Below are positions 17,374 to 28,565 of a DNA stretch of 64,000 nucleotides, one piece after another. The stretch comes from an uncultured virus (IMG/VR IMGVR_UViG_3300030101_003309) (taxonomy: Duplodnaviria; Heunggongvirae; Uroviricota; Caudoviricetes). Positions within the stretch are counted from its first letter, which is position 1; the number at the start of each line of letters is the position of its first letter. The notes under the pieces are model-generated. The model worked only from the letters and a program-made list of their open reading frames with translations. It did not search any database and had not been told where the DNA came from. The translations under genes were made by a program, and so were the position numbers. The stretch is from positions 1 through 64,000 of the IMG/VR virus record IMGVR_UViG_3300030101_003309. The stretch is one strand, 5' to 3'.

Positions 17374-18480
17374 ATGGTTACACTCAATGAAATTGCATAC
17401 AATATTAAAAACATTGCTTACGGTGGACAAACATCGGATGAGAATTTTATAAGCATTGAACAAATAAAATTTTGGGTGCATTATCATAGAGCAAGATTAA
17501 TATCAGAAAATCTAGATAAAGGAATATTAGATCGTCCAGAAATATATCAAAACATACAGTTAAATAATTACAATTCTAATGAAAAATTTATTGTAGATTA
17601 TATAAAAGATTATGATTTGTATTTACAGGGGCAAGCAACAGCACCAGACCCTACAGCTATAACAGAGTTAAGCCAAGTGCCAAGAGATTCAGCAGACATG
17701 TTACGCGCGAACTTTATAGTTTATAATTCATTAAGTTTTGCTAGTTCTGATATAGCGGAAAGTGGAGCAAGAACAAGAGATAAATTTGGACAAGATTTAT
17801 ATTCTACTAACGGAACTTTTAGAGGTGACTTCAGAAACAAAGGTAGCCATACTTTCAACATACCAAAAGTGTTAATTTTTGACCACAATAAAGGTATAGG
17901 AAATGTAAAATACAAAAGAACTTTTTTTAGTAAAGAAAATGGAGCTTACAGAAGACAGACAGCACCAAGAGAAATGATGTATAAATCAGAAGATGATGCA
18001 ATATATTCTGGACACAATAGGTTTACGAATTTTAGAAATGAACCTTTTTATCATTTGGAAAAAACAGATTCTAATGCATATCTTGGGTCACAGGAAGAAC
18101 AATTGATAACACTAAATAATTTGAGGGTAACGAATCATTATTTTAGAAACAAAACTACACCAGGTTCAGCTAAAATTTATTTTTCTTATTTAGCAAGCGC
18201 TAATGCAATATTTCAAAACCCTACAGCTGTAGCTGAAAAGGGAGGATATGATCCTGTAAATTTTGAAATTTATAATGATTATAACAGATCAAACAAACCA
18301 AAACTATGGGATGATAGTAAATCATCATATCCGATACCTATGGATATGGTAGGGGATTTAGTACAAAGAGTTGTACAATTAGAAGTATCTCCAACACTAA
18401 AAACTATGCCAGAAATAGTATCAGATAATTTTGATGATACAACAAAAATGAAAACAAGTGGGACACAAGTACAAAGATAA
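17374..18480 (+). CDS. putative tail ring protein
   Basis: TLNEIAYNI...QIKFWVHYHRA N-terminus and YPIP.DM C-terminus as in crAss-like ring proteins. Confidence 0.6.
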   Translation: MVTLNEIAYNIKNIAYGGQTSDENFISIEQIKFWVHYHRARLISENLDKGILDRPEIYQNIQLNNYNSNEKFIVDYIKDYDLYLQGQATAPDPTAITELSQVPRDSADMLRANFIVYNSLSFASSDIAESGARTRDKFGQDLYSTNGTFRGDFRNKGSHTFNIPKVLIFDHNKGIGNVKYKRTFFSKENGAYRRQTAPREMMYKSEDDAIYSGHNRFTNFRNEPFYHLEKTDSNAYLGSQEEQLITLNNLRVTNHYFRNKTTPGSAKIYFSYLASANAIFQNPTAVAEKGGYDPVNFEIYNDYNRSNKPKLWDDSKSSYPIPMDMVGDLVQRVVQLEVSPTLKTMPEIVSDNFDDTTKMKTSGTQVQR

Positions 18481-18850
18481 ATACGTATCTTTAAAAGATA
18501 TATATAATAAAATAAAATCTAACTTTTATAAAAAAGTAGATTATAAATTATATTACAAAATAATTACTAAATATTTAAATATAATTTTAAGGGACGCAGT
18601 ACAAAGAAAACGTAGGGTAGCTCTACCAGATAAGATGGGATATATAAGTTTGGAAGAAAAAATACAAACGAGAGCTTTTCATTACAGAGTGGATAACGCT
18701 GCAACAAAAGAAAAAGGAGAAACGGTTTTTTATAAAGTGCCTATATTTGATGATTATTATAAAAAATTAGTTTGGAAAAGACCAAGAAAATATAAACGTT
18801 GTAAAGTTATGCCTTTACGGCTTACAAAAAGAATAATAAATAATAATTAA
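18458..18850 (+). CDS. HU/IHF-like protein
   Basis: basic helix then VALPDKMGYISL; position matches the IHF-like gene of crAss-like tail modules. Confidence 0.55.
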   Translation: MGHKYKDKYVSLKDIYNKIKSNFYKKVDYKLYYKIITKYLNIILRDAVQRKRRVALPDKMGYISLEEKIQTRAFHYRVDNAATKEKGETVFYKVPIFDDYYKKLVWKRPRKYKRCKVMPLRLTKRIINNN

Positions 18851-18851
18851 T

Positions 18852-19313
18852 ATGGGAACAGAATTAACAGCACAAACATTAACAGTTACAATAACAGAAG
18901 CATTAGCGGTGGATCACGCAAATGGCACAACTAATGATATTGATTTCGCGCAGACGTACACGCACACGTACGGGAGCATTGCAAATGTTTCAAAAAGAAT
19001 TATTAAATTAGCAAACACAAATTTGACTGAAGTTGCTACTTTTGGTACAGATACGCAGAACGGATCTTTTGTAAGAGCTGACGTAAGGTATATTAGAGTA
19101 ACTAATTTAGATAGTTCAGACGCTTTACAGGTTGGTTTAGATGACGAAGACTCAGACGCTGCTTATACCTCAGTAGCTGCAGATAGTAGTATTATGTTTA
19201 CTGGAACAACTGTTGAAGGAGGTAATGGAGGTAGCACTTTAGATAATGCAACAGCTTTAAAAGTTAAAGGGGCGGCAAATCAACAATTAGAAGTAATGAT
19301 AGCATCAGTATAA
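18852..19313 (+). CDS. putative structural protein
   Basis: Thr-rich beta protein; RYIRVTNLD motif resembles 50495 and 50895. Confidence 0.55.
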   Translation: MGTELTAQTLTVTITEALAVDHANGTTNDIDFAQTYTHTYGSIANVSKRIIKLANTNLTEVATFGTDTQNGSFVRADVRYIRVTNLDSSDALQVGLDDEDSDAAYTSVAADSSIMFTGTTVEGGNGGSTLDNATALKVKGAANQQLEVMIASV

Positions 19314-19316
19314 GAT

Positions 19317-20459
19317 ATGCATATAAATATAGATAGAATATTTACAACAGTAGCAAGAAACCTAGGATTAAAAAAATGGTCTAGACATCTAGATAGTTGG
19401 ATTGAGTGGACATACGAGGCAGAAAAATTAATTGGTAGTATTGATACTTTTGTTACAAAAGAAGCAACATACTCAGCAGAAGGAGCTAAAGCTTCAGGAA
19501 CAATAAAATTTTCAACAGATAGACCACAAGATGGGGATCTTATAGAATTAAACGGAACAACACTGTACTTCAGAAAAAATGACGGAGCAGGGCAAGGAAA
19601 TAATAATACAGGATTAGAGACTAACGAAATTAGAATACATAGTACAAGTTCTAGTTTTGGCTTAGGAGCTACGTTTACACAGCCTGGTGGTATAAAAGAT
19701 AATTTAACAAGAAGTGATGATGATGGTAATGGTGCAATCCAGTTTTATCCAGAAACATTAGGATTGGCAAATTATACCTATTCTATAGCCTCTGGTGGAT
19801 CAATAACTGCATTTACAGATGAGGAGATAACTATAACCGTAGAGGCTGCTCACATAGGACCACAAGGAAATGATTTTACTATGTCTTCTAATGTTGCAAA
19901 CAGAATTAAAACAAGCGGTCTAACATTAACTGGAGGAAAAGGATTATATAATAATCAACAGATAACATTACCAAATAATTTAGTAAAACTATTAGCAGTA
20001 AGGGTAGGCGAAGATTGTCACCATTTTAAAAATGCACAAATATTAAAAACACCTTCTATACATAGAAGCAGAATTGGAAAATTTGAAAACAGTTCAGAAC
20101 AAAAAGCATTAAGATATTATGTGGACGGCAATAGGCTAAATATAACACATGATGATCTTGATGAAATAACCATAGTATATTTAGCATACCCAACAGACAT
20201 GAGGGGTTGGCCCATGATAAAAGAAGGACACGAAACAGCAGTGGCTCAATACATAATGTGGCAAATGAAACTAATAGAATTTTATAATGGAAAGCTACCA
20301 CAATACATAACTAAAGAATTAGAAAGAAGATGGTATCAATTGTGTGCAAAAGCCAGAGGTGACGACTCAATGCCTTCATCAGAAGAATTAATGCAAATAG
20401 GGAGATTGTGGAACACTTTGATTCCTGTAAAAAGCAACAACGGTTTAATAGACTTATAA
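19317..20459 (+). CDS. tail tubular/ring protein with inserted domain
   Basis: WIEWTYEAEKLIG N-terminus, VYLAYPTD..GWPMI C-terminus, directly before the tail stabilisation protein. Confidence 0.6.
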   Translation: MHINIDRIFTTVARNLGLKKWSRHLDSWIEWTYEAEKLIGSIDTFVTKEATYSAEGAKASGTIKFSTDRPQDGDLIELNGTTLYFRKNDGAGQGNNNTGLETNEIRIHSTSSSFGLGATFTQPGGIKDNLTRSDDDGNGAIQFYPETLGLANYTYSIASGGSITAFTDEEITITVEAAHIGPQGNDFTMSSNVANRIKTSGLTLTGGKGLYNNQQITLPNNLVKLLAVRVGEDCHHFKNAQILKTPSIHRSRIGKFENSSEQKALRYYVDGNRLNITHDDLDEITIVYLAYPTDMRGWPMIKEGHETAVAQYIMWQMKLIEFYNGKLPQYITKELERRWYQLCAKARGDDSMPSSEELMQIGRLWNTLIPVKSNNGLIDL

Positions 20460-20460
20460 A

Positions 20461-23400
20461 ATGGCAAAAAAAAGACAGCAGGCTAGTCCAACTCTAGGAC
20501 AATCAGCACCAGAAGGATTTACACAAGGAATGGTGAGTGATCTTGATCCGAGATTCCAACTTAAAGGAAGTTATGCGGACGCTCAAAATATAAGACTTAC
20601 AAATTCAGAAGGAGATACATTCACTGTAGAGAATATAGAAGGTAACAGTTTATTTGTAGACTTGGCAGACCACCCAATTCACCAGGCAAACAACATGAAC
20701 AATGCTGCTTACCCAACATTTTATGATAGAGGTCCAAATCATGATTTATATTTAAATTCTAAAATAGATAATAGATGCTCTATAGTCGGTAGCGTAAATT
20801 ACGCAAATACTATAATACTTGTTTTAGTTGGAAGATTTGATTATATAAGAAATCATCCAAATTTTACAGGAGATCCCAATTCAGTTCCTTTAACTAATAA
20901 TCCAGACTTAGCAAGCGCAGGGGGTCCAAATTATACAAGTGATAATACACAAATAGATAGAACAATTTTTTTAAAAGTAGATTTTGATTCTAATTTTAGG
21001 GTAAGCAAAATTACTGATTTACTTGTTTGTTATAGTGCTTCTCAATATCAATATCCAGATTTAAAAATGGATATAGATAATCCACTTAGAATGGAAGTTC
21101 TTATAGAAAACGAAAGTATACAAAGAATATATTGGACAGATAATAAAAATCCACTAAGAACGCTAAATCTAAAACAAGACAATCTATGGGATCTTGATCC
21201 AGAAGCTTTGGATATAACCCCTTTGATGAAACCTTCACAACCTGTATTAGACTCAACTATACATGGAAATTTGCCAGTTGGAGTTTATCAATATACTTAT
21301 AAATTTATATCAGAAAACGGAGGACAAACAACTTTCGCACCTTTAAGTAACATGTATCATGTGACTGATCAATCCTTTTCAAATTCATCTACATACGGTG
21401 GTGGGCCAAAAGGTAATTTAGGCTCGCAAGGCTTTAATATAAGAGTTCATGGAATTGACGACAATTTTGATTACATAGAATTGTATTCGTTATATTACGA
21501 CACGTTAAATCAGCCGCCAAGAGTTGCTGTAGTATCAAGAGTAGAGATAGATGCCGCTTCAGCTGCTGAGGTAACAATTCAGCATGTAGTGTGGAATAAC
21601 GAAGTAGAAAGAGGTTTAGAAGAAATATTAATAGAATCAAACACATTTGATGTTTGTAAAGATATAGCCATAAAAGACAATATATTGTTTGCTGCTAATT
21701 TACGGCAAAAAAGAAACTATATATCAGAAAAAGAATGGAATGTTAAGGTGATGAGGTTTAGACAAGCGCCAGGAGGATCTGGTAAACTTGACGCTATGCT
21801 AACCACAATAGATAGTGAAGTAAAACATTATACAACAACAGGAACATATCCTAATCATACAGTTATAGAAGTAACAGAAGGTGCTACGGATTACGCTAGT
21901 AATATAGTTGGTCACGGACAGCTTCTTGGCGCTCCAGGATCAATGTATGATGCCGTCAATAACACTGCGTTTTTGTATAACGGTGTTTTAAATTGTCCTA
22001 TGTGGACTACACCTATATCAAACCTTAGAGCAGCAACTGGCGGTGCAAGCGATCAAACATATACAAGGAATTATATGTATAGATTTTTAGGAGATAGAAT
22101 GACTTTAGGTGCAGAAAGCTTTGATTATGCACAAAATGTGTTAGGTGGATGTCGTATATCTTTTGCGCTACATGAAAAAGTAGCAGATCAAGCAGCGAAT
22201 GCATGGGATACACCATTTATTACAGCAGTAAATGATAACGAAGAAATAACCACAGACTTTGTTCATAGTGCTAGTAGTACAGAAGAAGGAGCGGTTTTTA
22301 GGACATCTATGTCTCTAGGCGGAACAAAAGACCCGCATTTAGCAGGTAATACTAGAGGTTATCAAAGAAGTGAAATATATAGATTCGGTGTGCAAACATT
22401 TGATTTGACAGGCGCTCCAGGAAATGTTTTGTGGATAGGTGACATAGAAATGCCAGGTCAATATGATTTGCTAAGGATGATAGATGTAGAAAATGAAAAT
22501 GCTGGATTTAACGGAACATCAGATTACAGCCCATTAAGACCTACATTTTATTTAAGTTCGTTCACGGGCTATTCAAATGTGGGTTTAGCACCATCTGATC
22601 CAGGAAGAAGTTTACATACCGCAGACAACATACATACACATCATAAAGTACACGATCATAGATTATCCCATGTATATGGTCACACTGTAGCGCCGCCAGA
22701 TGTAGAGTGGTTTACCTGTAGGGATGGTTCTGGTAATGAAAAACCAGAAGCATATAAAAATGAATATGGAGCCGATGTTGATGGTAGATTTTTACCTGGA
22801 CCTGCAGGAACTTCAAATCCATACCGAACTTTCCCTCCAAACGGAACAGAAAGAATTAATAAAGCAATGCCATATAGTTCTAGTGATGTAAGTGGATTTA
22901 GAAGATGGGATTATGTAATAGCAGAACACACAGACACACATTATTTATATGATTTGTATGTTGTATTTGAATTTATAATACCACCTGAAGTAGTAAAGAA
23001 AATATCAGGATTTAGAGTGGTTAGAGCTGAAAGAAAAGAAGAGGACAGAAGAATTGTACAACAAGGTTTGTTAAATCAAACAGCCCAGTATGGAAGCGCA
23101 TTAGATGGACAAAAATATGGATATGATAACACTAAGTTTTGCGCAAAAGACAATGAAGCTTTTGATGACGATCCTGTTTTTGTAAATGATTGGAATGATC
23201 AAAATCCAGGCGGTAATCCGTCCAACTCAGTACCACCAACAGATCCAGAACAACCAGAATTTAATGTATATCTAAATGGTTATCTAGGTTTAGCTGAAAA
23301 TTCACATTTAGCGTTTTATGAAGCAAGTGCTAATAATAGCTACTGGACGAGCGGCTCACCTGATGGGCAGGCAACAGTAGGAGGTAATTCTGCAGGTAAA

Positions 23401-26400
23401 GTTTTTTATTGGCCAGAAAGAGAAGACACTAAAGAATGGGGACCATATGGTGCAGGAAGAGTAAGAACAGCGCCTTCAGGTGCAAATGGAGGGGGTCCAG
23501 CGTTTTATGGTGGGCCAGGTACTTGGGGAGTGCATTATAGGCATAGTGCATATTTTGGAAGTTATGATAAGTCACATATTTCTAGCAGTAATTATGGTTA
23601 CGAAAAAGAGGACACTAATTCAGCTAATCATAGTCAAATAGATTGTAACATATTTACACTTGACTCGCCAGACAGCGCATTTGGAATTAGGCCATATACA
23701 TACAGAGATGGAGATATGTTGCGTATTGATTGTGTTCTCAAGTTGACTGACGAGGTAAGATATAATAACCAAATAGGATTCAATTGGGGTCAAGCAAATG
23801 CTCATTCTTATTGGACACACACAAGGGGAGCAACAAAAAACAGAAAAAACGATACTAGTTCTGCCTTACCAACATGGGAACAAAATGGTGCACAAGATGC
23901 AAACGACAATGAATGGAGGCCAGACGCAACAGACAACTCTTATTACGATTCTATAAGTTTTTGTTCACGAAAAGAAATTGACGAAAACTACTCGGTACTA
24001 ATCGGAAAATATTATTGTTTTGATCCTTATTTTGGTATAGGTATGGAGATAACTGGAGGAAGTTTTGCTGGTATAGGGCATTTTGTGTCAAATGCTAGTC
24101 AACAGTTTAGACCTTCACAGCAATACGGCTGGCAACTGCCTATATCAGCAGCAAAGGAAATCACGGATGGAGAAATTGTACCCAGCGCGTTTTTTAAAAA
24201 ATCTAAACGTATGAAAGATGGGCAGGTTGACGGATTTTCTAATAACACATTGGGTTTTGTACGTAGAGCAATTTCAAGCGGTAAACCTGCTGGTCAAGCA
24301 GAAAGGTATTTTGTTTTTGGAGCTGTTGATAAAAGTATAGCGTATATACAGAACTCAAACAATGGAGGTAATGCTAGCACACAACATGGTACAGTCAAAG
24401 AACAAGATTATACTTACGATACAGTATCTACAATGCAGATGGGGTTAAGATCAATATTAGTAGAAATAAATGCCAATAGACACGAGGTTAGAAAATATGG
24501 ACCAGGCCCTGAAGACACATATTGGCAATTAGGTTCAGGTAGGGATAGATTACCATTCAATTCTTGGTTTGCACCTTTAAATCTTGGAGCTTTGTATGAA
24601 CACGGTTCATGGCATTCTTATAATGTACATACAAATTCATATGATGATGGGGGTGGTGATCAGGAACAAAAATGTTGGATGTCTAACTTTATGAGCATGT
24701 ATGGACCTATTGCATTATCACATATAGACACTGAAACTCACGATGGTGGAACGGAAAATAGTTTTTCTTTAAAAGGTAAAAGTTTAGTACCATACAAATA
24801 TTTATGTTCTATAGTAAGGTATTCTACGCCATATGGTGGATATACTAAATCAGCAATAGAAAAAACAAGATATATTCCTTGTGGAAATTTTCACAGAGTA
24901 TCACTTAATTATCCTAATGCTAACTTTACAGAAAATATGGTTCAAGGACATGTAAGTAAGGTATTTGGTGGAGATACTTTTGTAAATTTATACTCACATC
25001 AAAAAACTTCAAGTCCATATATGAAAAAATCTGCATCTAGATTTCAGGTTTTTCCAGTTGAATCTTTTGTAAATACAGATATGCGAAGTGGTTTGACTTT
25101 AAACAATGGCGATACAGTTGTAGGTAAAAGCATGCAACAACCACCATTTAGTAATGATTGGTTATATAATAGTGTGTATTCACAAGAAAGCAACATTAAA
25201 TCTTCATTAGTTGTTGATGAAAAAAAGTTTGACGACAGTTTGAATTTACCATACGAAATAGCTTATTCAAACACTAAAATTTTAGGTCAACAAACAGACG
25301 CATTTAGACAATTTCCAATAAATCAATTTCACGACATGGAAGGAATTTATGGTGAAATAAACAGAATTGTAAATTACAAAAATGAGTTATATATTTTACA
25401 AGATTCTGCTTTTGCAAAATTAGCTGTAAATCCTGTTTCGGTTTTAACAGATGAATCAGGAGCATCACTGTTTACTGGAACTGGAGACACTATTGAATAT
25501 CACACATATATATCAACTAAATTTGGATCAAGACATAGGTTTAGTGTAACAACAAGTGATAAATCTTTATATTTTGTAGATACTAATTACGCAAAAGTTT
25601 TTAAATACGATACAGAAAAATTAATATCTTTAGGTGATGCATTAGGACAAAGAGCTTATTTGAAATACATAATGCACGACTGGAAAAAAATTACATATAG
25701 AGAATGCCCAGCATCTACAGGAGCAGGAGGTGGTGTTAGTCATGCAGGTGGTCCAGTGGTTCACGGAACTTTATATGGCGATTTAAAGTCGGTTGAGAAA
25801 CCAGATGGAAGAAGAAATTATTTAGCCGATAATCCTTTAAGATTTTTAGGCATAACATCTATATTTGATTATAACACAAAAGAACTAATGGTAACGTTTC
25901 ACAATTCATCTTTTGCAGATAAAAATAAATTAAGGCAGGAGTTTGCAAGAACATATGATAATCATACAATGGGAAGCACAACTAATGGACAGCCAATCGG
26001 TATATCAGAGACTTTAGTTTATAGCGAGGCGGTAAATGCTTTTACGTCTAAATATACAGTAGCGCCACCGCAGTGGATACCTGGAGGATTAGGCACTTTT
26101 ATAGTGTGTCCGCAAAACGAAATAGGAATAAATGCAATTGCAAATTTTAATAGTAATAATGGTTTGAGAAGCAGTTATTCATACTTACCGTATGATGTTT
26201 ATGGAAGTTACGATGATGCAGGTTACAAGCAATACAGGACAGATCCTTTAAAGTTGTGGATGTGGGGAAGGCATGATGAAAATAAAAAAACACATTTTTT
26301 TGGTAAAAAAGATGACGTATTGCATCGTGTTCCAGTAACATCTCCTATCACAAATACCGATCACAATGGCATAGTAGCAGCTATTGATGGTGTCCAAGAC

Positions 26401-27324
26401 ATGCCTGACGAAAGTTACATAGTCAAAGTAATAAACTCAGAAGCTAGTAGCAGCAAAATATTTGACAACACAAAAGTTGTTATGACACCAGAGTATGTAA
26501 ATTACAGTCATATTGAGTACACTACTGACTTATCGCATGATACTATAGATGTTCAATCTTTGCCAGATCAATTTGGTTTAGTTCATCCAAAAAAATTAGA
26601 TGAGGTAGAAGAATTAACAATAAACAAAAGGTGGGATTTTAAAGACGATTCAGGTCATTTAGGATGGTATGGAACAATAACTGTAGGCGGTCAACTTGAA
26701 GTTCAAACAAATTTTATTGACAACAACGTATTCACTTTCGGTGATGACAAAATAAGTATATACAGTCCAAGAGATAAAGATGGCTACGGTAATTTTATAT
26801 TTGCAGGAAAATACAACAACAAAATAAGAATAAGGTTAAAAAGAACTACTGCGCCTGCTACAGCGAAAACATGGCTAGGTGAGCTTTACTACCAAGGTTA
26901 CGATCCAATAGACAAAGAAAATGGTCAATATCAAAGATTTGGATTTAGTGGTAGTAGAGTAGTAACGGTGGATGATCCTGGAAGCGCAATTGAAGATGAT
27001 TTTGTAATATTAGAATGGGATATGGCGGGCAATGAAGGAATAGATGGTAACCAAAAGTTTGCAGCTTGGGATGATAGTATGATTGAACAAATACAAATCC
27101 GACTAGAACAAGATCCAGGAACCTCGGTATATGAAGTAGACTACATAGAAATAGGTGGATTAAAAGCACATAAATATACAGACGGGACGCTAAAAGCACC
27201 CCTAAGAACAGAAAAAAGTATACGCAGAACAAGGGGTACATATTCTAAAATAAAGTATCGTGCAAAAACTAACGAAAAATTTAATATCTTTGCAATACTT
27301 GCAAAGTATAGAAAAACTTATTAA
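20461..27324 (+). CDS. tail stabilisation/nozzle protein (crAss Tstab, P22 gp10-like)
   Basis: 2287 aa; F..GM.SDLDP and Y.DA.NIRL N-terminus, IYWTDNKNPLR, GYQRSEIYRFG, FGGDTFV, C-terminal R.RG. Confidence 0.75.
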   Translation: MAKKRQQASPTLGQSAPEGFTQGMVSDLDPRFQLKGSYADAQNIRLTNSEGDTFTVENIEGNSLFVDLADHPIHQANNMNNAAYPTFYDRGPNHDLYLNSKIDNRCSIVGSVNYANTIILVLVGRFDYIRNHPNFTGDPNSVPLTNNPDLASAGGPNYTSDNTQIDRTIFLKVDFDSNFRVSKITDLLVCYSASQYQYPDLKMDIDNPLRMEVLIENESIQRIYWTDNKNPLRTLNLKQDNLWDLDPEALDITPLMKPSQPVLDSTIHGNLPVGVYQYTYKFISENGGQTTFAPLSNMYHVTDQSFSNSSTYGGGPKGNLGSQGFNIRVHGIDDNFDYIELYSLYYDTLNQPPRVAVVSRVEIDAASAAEVTIQHVVWNNEVERGLEEILIESNTFDVCKDIAIKDNILFAANLRQKRNYISEKEWNVKVMRFRQAPGGSGKLDAMLTTIDSEVKHYTTTGTYPNHTVIEVTEGATDYASNIVGHGQLLGAPGSMYDAVNNTAFLYNGVLNCPMWTTPISNLRAATGGASDQTYTRNYMYRFLGDRMTLGAESFDYAQNVLGGCRISFALHEKVADQAANAWDTPFITAVNDNEEITTDFVHSASSTEEGAVFRTSMSLGGTKDPHLAGNTRGYQRSEIYRFGVQTFDLTGAPGNVLWIGDIEMPGQYDLLRMIDVENENAGFNGTSDYSPLRPTFYLSSFTGYSNVGLAPSDPGRSLHTADNIHTHHKVHDHRLSHVYGHTVAPPDVEWFTCRDGSGNEKPEAYKNEYGADVDGRFLPGPAGTSNPYRTFPPNGTERINKAMPYSSSDVSGFRRWDYVIAEHTDTHYLYDLYVVFEFIIPPEVVKKISGFRVVRAERKEEDRRIVQQGLLNQTAQYGSALDGQKYGYDNTKFCAKDNEAFDDDPVFVNDWNDQNPGGNPSNSVPPTDPEQPEFNVYLNGYLGLAENSHLAFYEASANNSYWTSGSPDGQATVGGNSAGKVFYWPEREDTKEWGPYGAGRVRTAPSGANGGGPAFYGGPGTWGVHYRHSAYFGSYDKSHISSSNYGYEKEDTNSANHSQIDCNIFTLDSPDSAFGIRPYTYRDGDMLRIDCVLKLTDEVRYNNQIGFNWGQANAHSYWTHTRGATKNRKNDTSSALPTWEQNGAQDANDNEWRPDATDNSYYDSISFCSRKEIDENYSVLIGKYYCFDPYFGIGMEITGGSFAGIGHFVSNASQQFRPSQQYGWQLPISAAKEITDGEIVPSAFFKKSKRMKDGQVDGFSNNTLGFVRRAISSGKPAGQAERYFVFGAVDKSIAYIQNSNNGGNASTQHGTVKEQDYTYDTVSTMQMGLRSILVEINANRHEVRKYGPGPEDTYWQLGSGRDRLPFNSWFAPLNLGALYEHGSWHSYNVHTNSYDDGGGDQEQKCWMSNFMSMYGPIALSHIDTETHDGGTENSFSLKGKSLVPYKYLCSIVRYSTPYGGYTKSAIEKTRYIPCGNFHRVSLNYPNANFTENMVQGHVSKVFGGDTFVNLYSHQKTSSPYMKKSASRFQVFPVESFVNTDMRSGLTLNNGDTVVGKSMQQPPFSNDWLYNSVYSQESNIKSSLVVDEKKFDDSLNLPYEIAYSNTKILGQQTDAFRQFPINQFHDMEGIYGEINRIVNYKNELYILQDSAFAKLAVNPVSVLTDESGASLFTGTGDTIEYHTYISTKFGSRHRFSVTTSDKSLYFVDTNYAKVFKYDTEKLISLGDALGQRAYLKYIMHDWKKITYRECPASTGAGGGVSHAGGPVVHGTLYGDLKSVEKPDGRRNYLADNPLRFLGITSIFDYNTKELMVTFHNSSFADKNKLRQEFARTYDNHTMGSTTNGQPIGISETLVYSEAVNAFTSKYTVAPPQWIPGGLGTFIVCPQNEIGINAIANFNSNNGLRSSYSYLPYDVYGSYDDAGYKQYRTDPLKLWMWGRHDENKKTHFFGKKDDVLHRVPVTSPITNTDHNGIVAAIDGVQDMPDESYIVKVINSEASSSKIFDNTKVVMTPEYVNYSHIEYTTDLSHDTIDVQSLPDQFGLVHPKKLDEVEELTINKRWDFKDDSGHLGWYGTITVGGQLEVQTNFIDNNVFTFGDDKISIYSPRDKDGYGNFIFAGKYNNKIRIRLKRTTAPATAKTWLGELYYQGYDPIDKENGQYQRFGFSGSRVVTVDDPGSAIEDDFVILEWDMAGNEGIDGNQKFAAWDDSMIEQIQIRLEQDPGTSVYEVDYIEIGGLKAHKYTDGTLKAPLRTEKSIRRTRGTYSKIKYRAKTNEKFNIFAILAKYRKTY
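27285..27292 (+). promoter_or_regulatory. Bacteroidota -7 promoter box
   Basis: TATCTTTG upstream of the cargo genes. Confidence 0.5.
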
Positions 27325-27326
27325 AT

Positions 27327-28565
27327 ATGGCTTATTCGGATATATTAAACGCAACACAACTATATGGTAATTTACTAAACAATAAGTATGCTAATACGGC
27401 AAATAATATAAACCAGTCAAAATTAGAATATACACCAGTAAATCCGTATTCTTCATCTGCTTTTGCGACACAATCTTCAAGATCTTTATATCCAGGAACA
27501 GGTAGAGGATTATTAACTGGCATGCAGTTACAAGAAGAAAATCAACTAGAAGGCATGGATAAAACATTGACAAAAGTTGGGCAAGGATTACAATTTGCAA
27601 ACTTTGGAAATAAGGCAACGCCTTTTTTAAATCAAGCGTTAGGTAGTTTAGGTGTTTCAGGAGAGGTGGGAAGTCTAGGACCAGCGGCAGCTCTTTACGG
27701 AGCAACAAGAGATAATAATCCATATGATTATTCACAAACAGAAGCTTTAGGAACATTAGGAAGTACTGTTTTAGCAGCTCGTTCTTTCTCAAATGTATTA
27801 AATCCTATTTTAGGTAAAGTCATGCCGCTTGCTAGTTCCGCAGCAATTCCTGCGGGTATTGCAGCGCCATCATTAGCTGCTGGTGTAGCAGGTCCTTTAG
27901 CGGCTCCAGCCGCAGCAGGTGTAAAAACAATATTTGGTATGCATCCTCTTCTTTTAATAGGATCTTTACTGTTAGGAGGTTTGTTTAATAAAAAGGCAAG
28001 AAAAAACGCTAGAAAAGAAGTAGAAAAAGAAATTCAAAGAGTGGCGGGAGAACAAACTAAAATATCAGAAGATAGAGCAGAGGCTGTAGAAGAGCAAAGA
28101 GAAGACATGTTAGCAAGACAAGCTGCTGATATGTACGAAGACACAGCAGCAATGTACACAAATCAATACGGTGGCAATTACCAAAGATCTTATAATATGG
28201 AAAAGGGAGGTAAAATGGATGTTGTAGCGGAATTCACTGGTAATGAATTAATAGTTAATGATCAGAACGAATTAGAGGCAGACATATCAAGAGGTGATAA
28301 TAAATCGGCAGCAAATAGAATAAGAAAAGCAATGAAAGGAGGTAGAATTACACCAGGCAAAGAGACACACAAAAGCAACCCAATACCAGTGTCTAGTGAC
28401 GGCACAATGTATACAAAAGGAGGTCCGATGAATTTTAAAGTAAAGAAGGGTGCTGGGGTTTATGATCATGCAACGGATCAATTTAAAATGGATATGGATG
28501 ACAATTCTATAGTAAGTGTTGTAAAAAAGAATATGGCTAAATGGAGAAAAAATAATATGGCGTAA
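27327..28565 (+). CDS. putative cargo/ejection protein with membrane segment
   Basis: Ala/Gly-rich hydrophobic region, TM helix, coiled coil, MEKGGK motif. Confidence 0.55.
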   Translation: MAYSDILNATQLYGNLLNNKYANTANNINQSKLEYTPVNPYSSSAFATQSSRSLYPGTGRGLLTGMQLQEENQLEGMDKTLTKVGQGLQFANFGNKATPFLNQALGSLGVSGEVGSLGPAAALYGATRDNNPYDYSQTEALGTLGSTVLAARSFSNVLNPILGKVMPLASSAAIPAGIAAPSLAAGVAGPLAAPAAAGVKTIFGMHPLLLIGSLLLGGLFNKKARKNARKEVEKEIQRVAGEQTKISEDRAEAVEEQREDMLARQAADMYEDTAAMYTNQYGGNYQRSYNMEKGGKMDVVAEFTGNELIVNDQNELEADISRGDNKSAANRIRKAMKGGRITPGKETHKSNPIPVSSDGTMYTKGGPMNFKVKKGAGVYDHATDQFKMDMDDNSIVSVVKKNMAKWRKNNMA

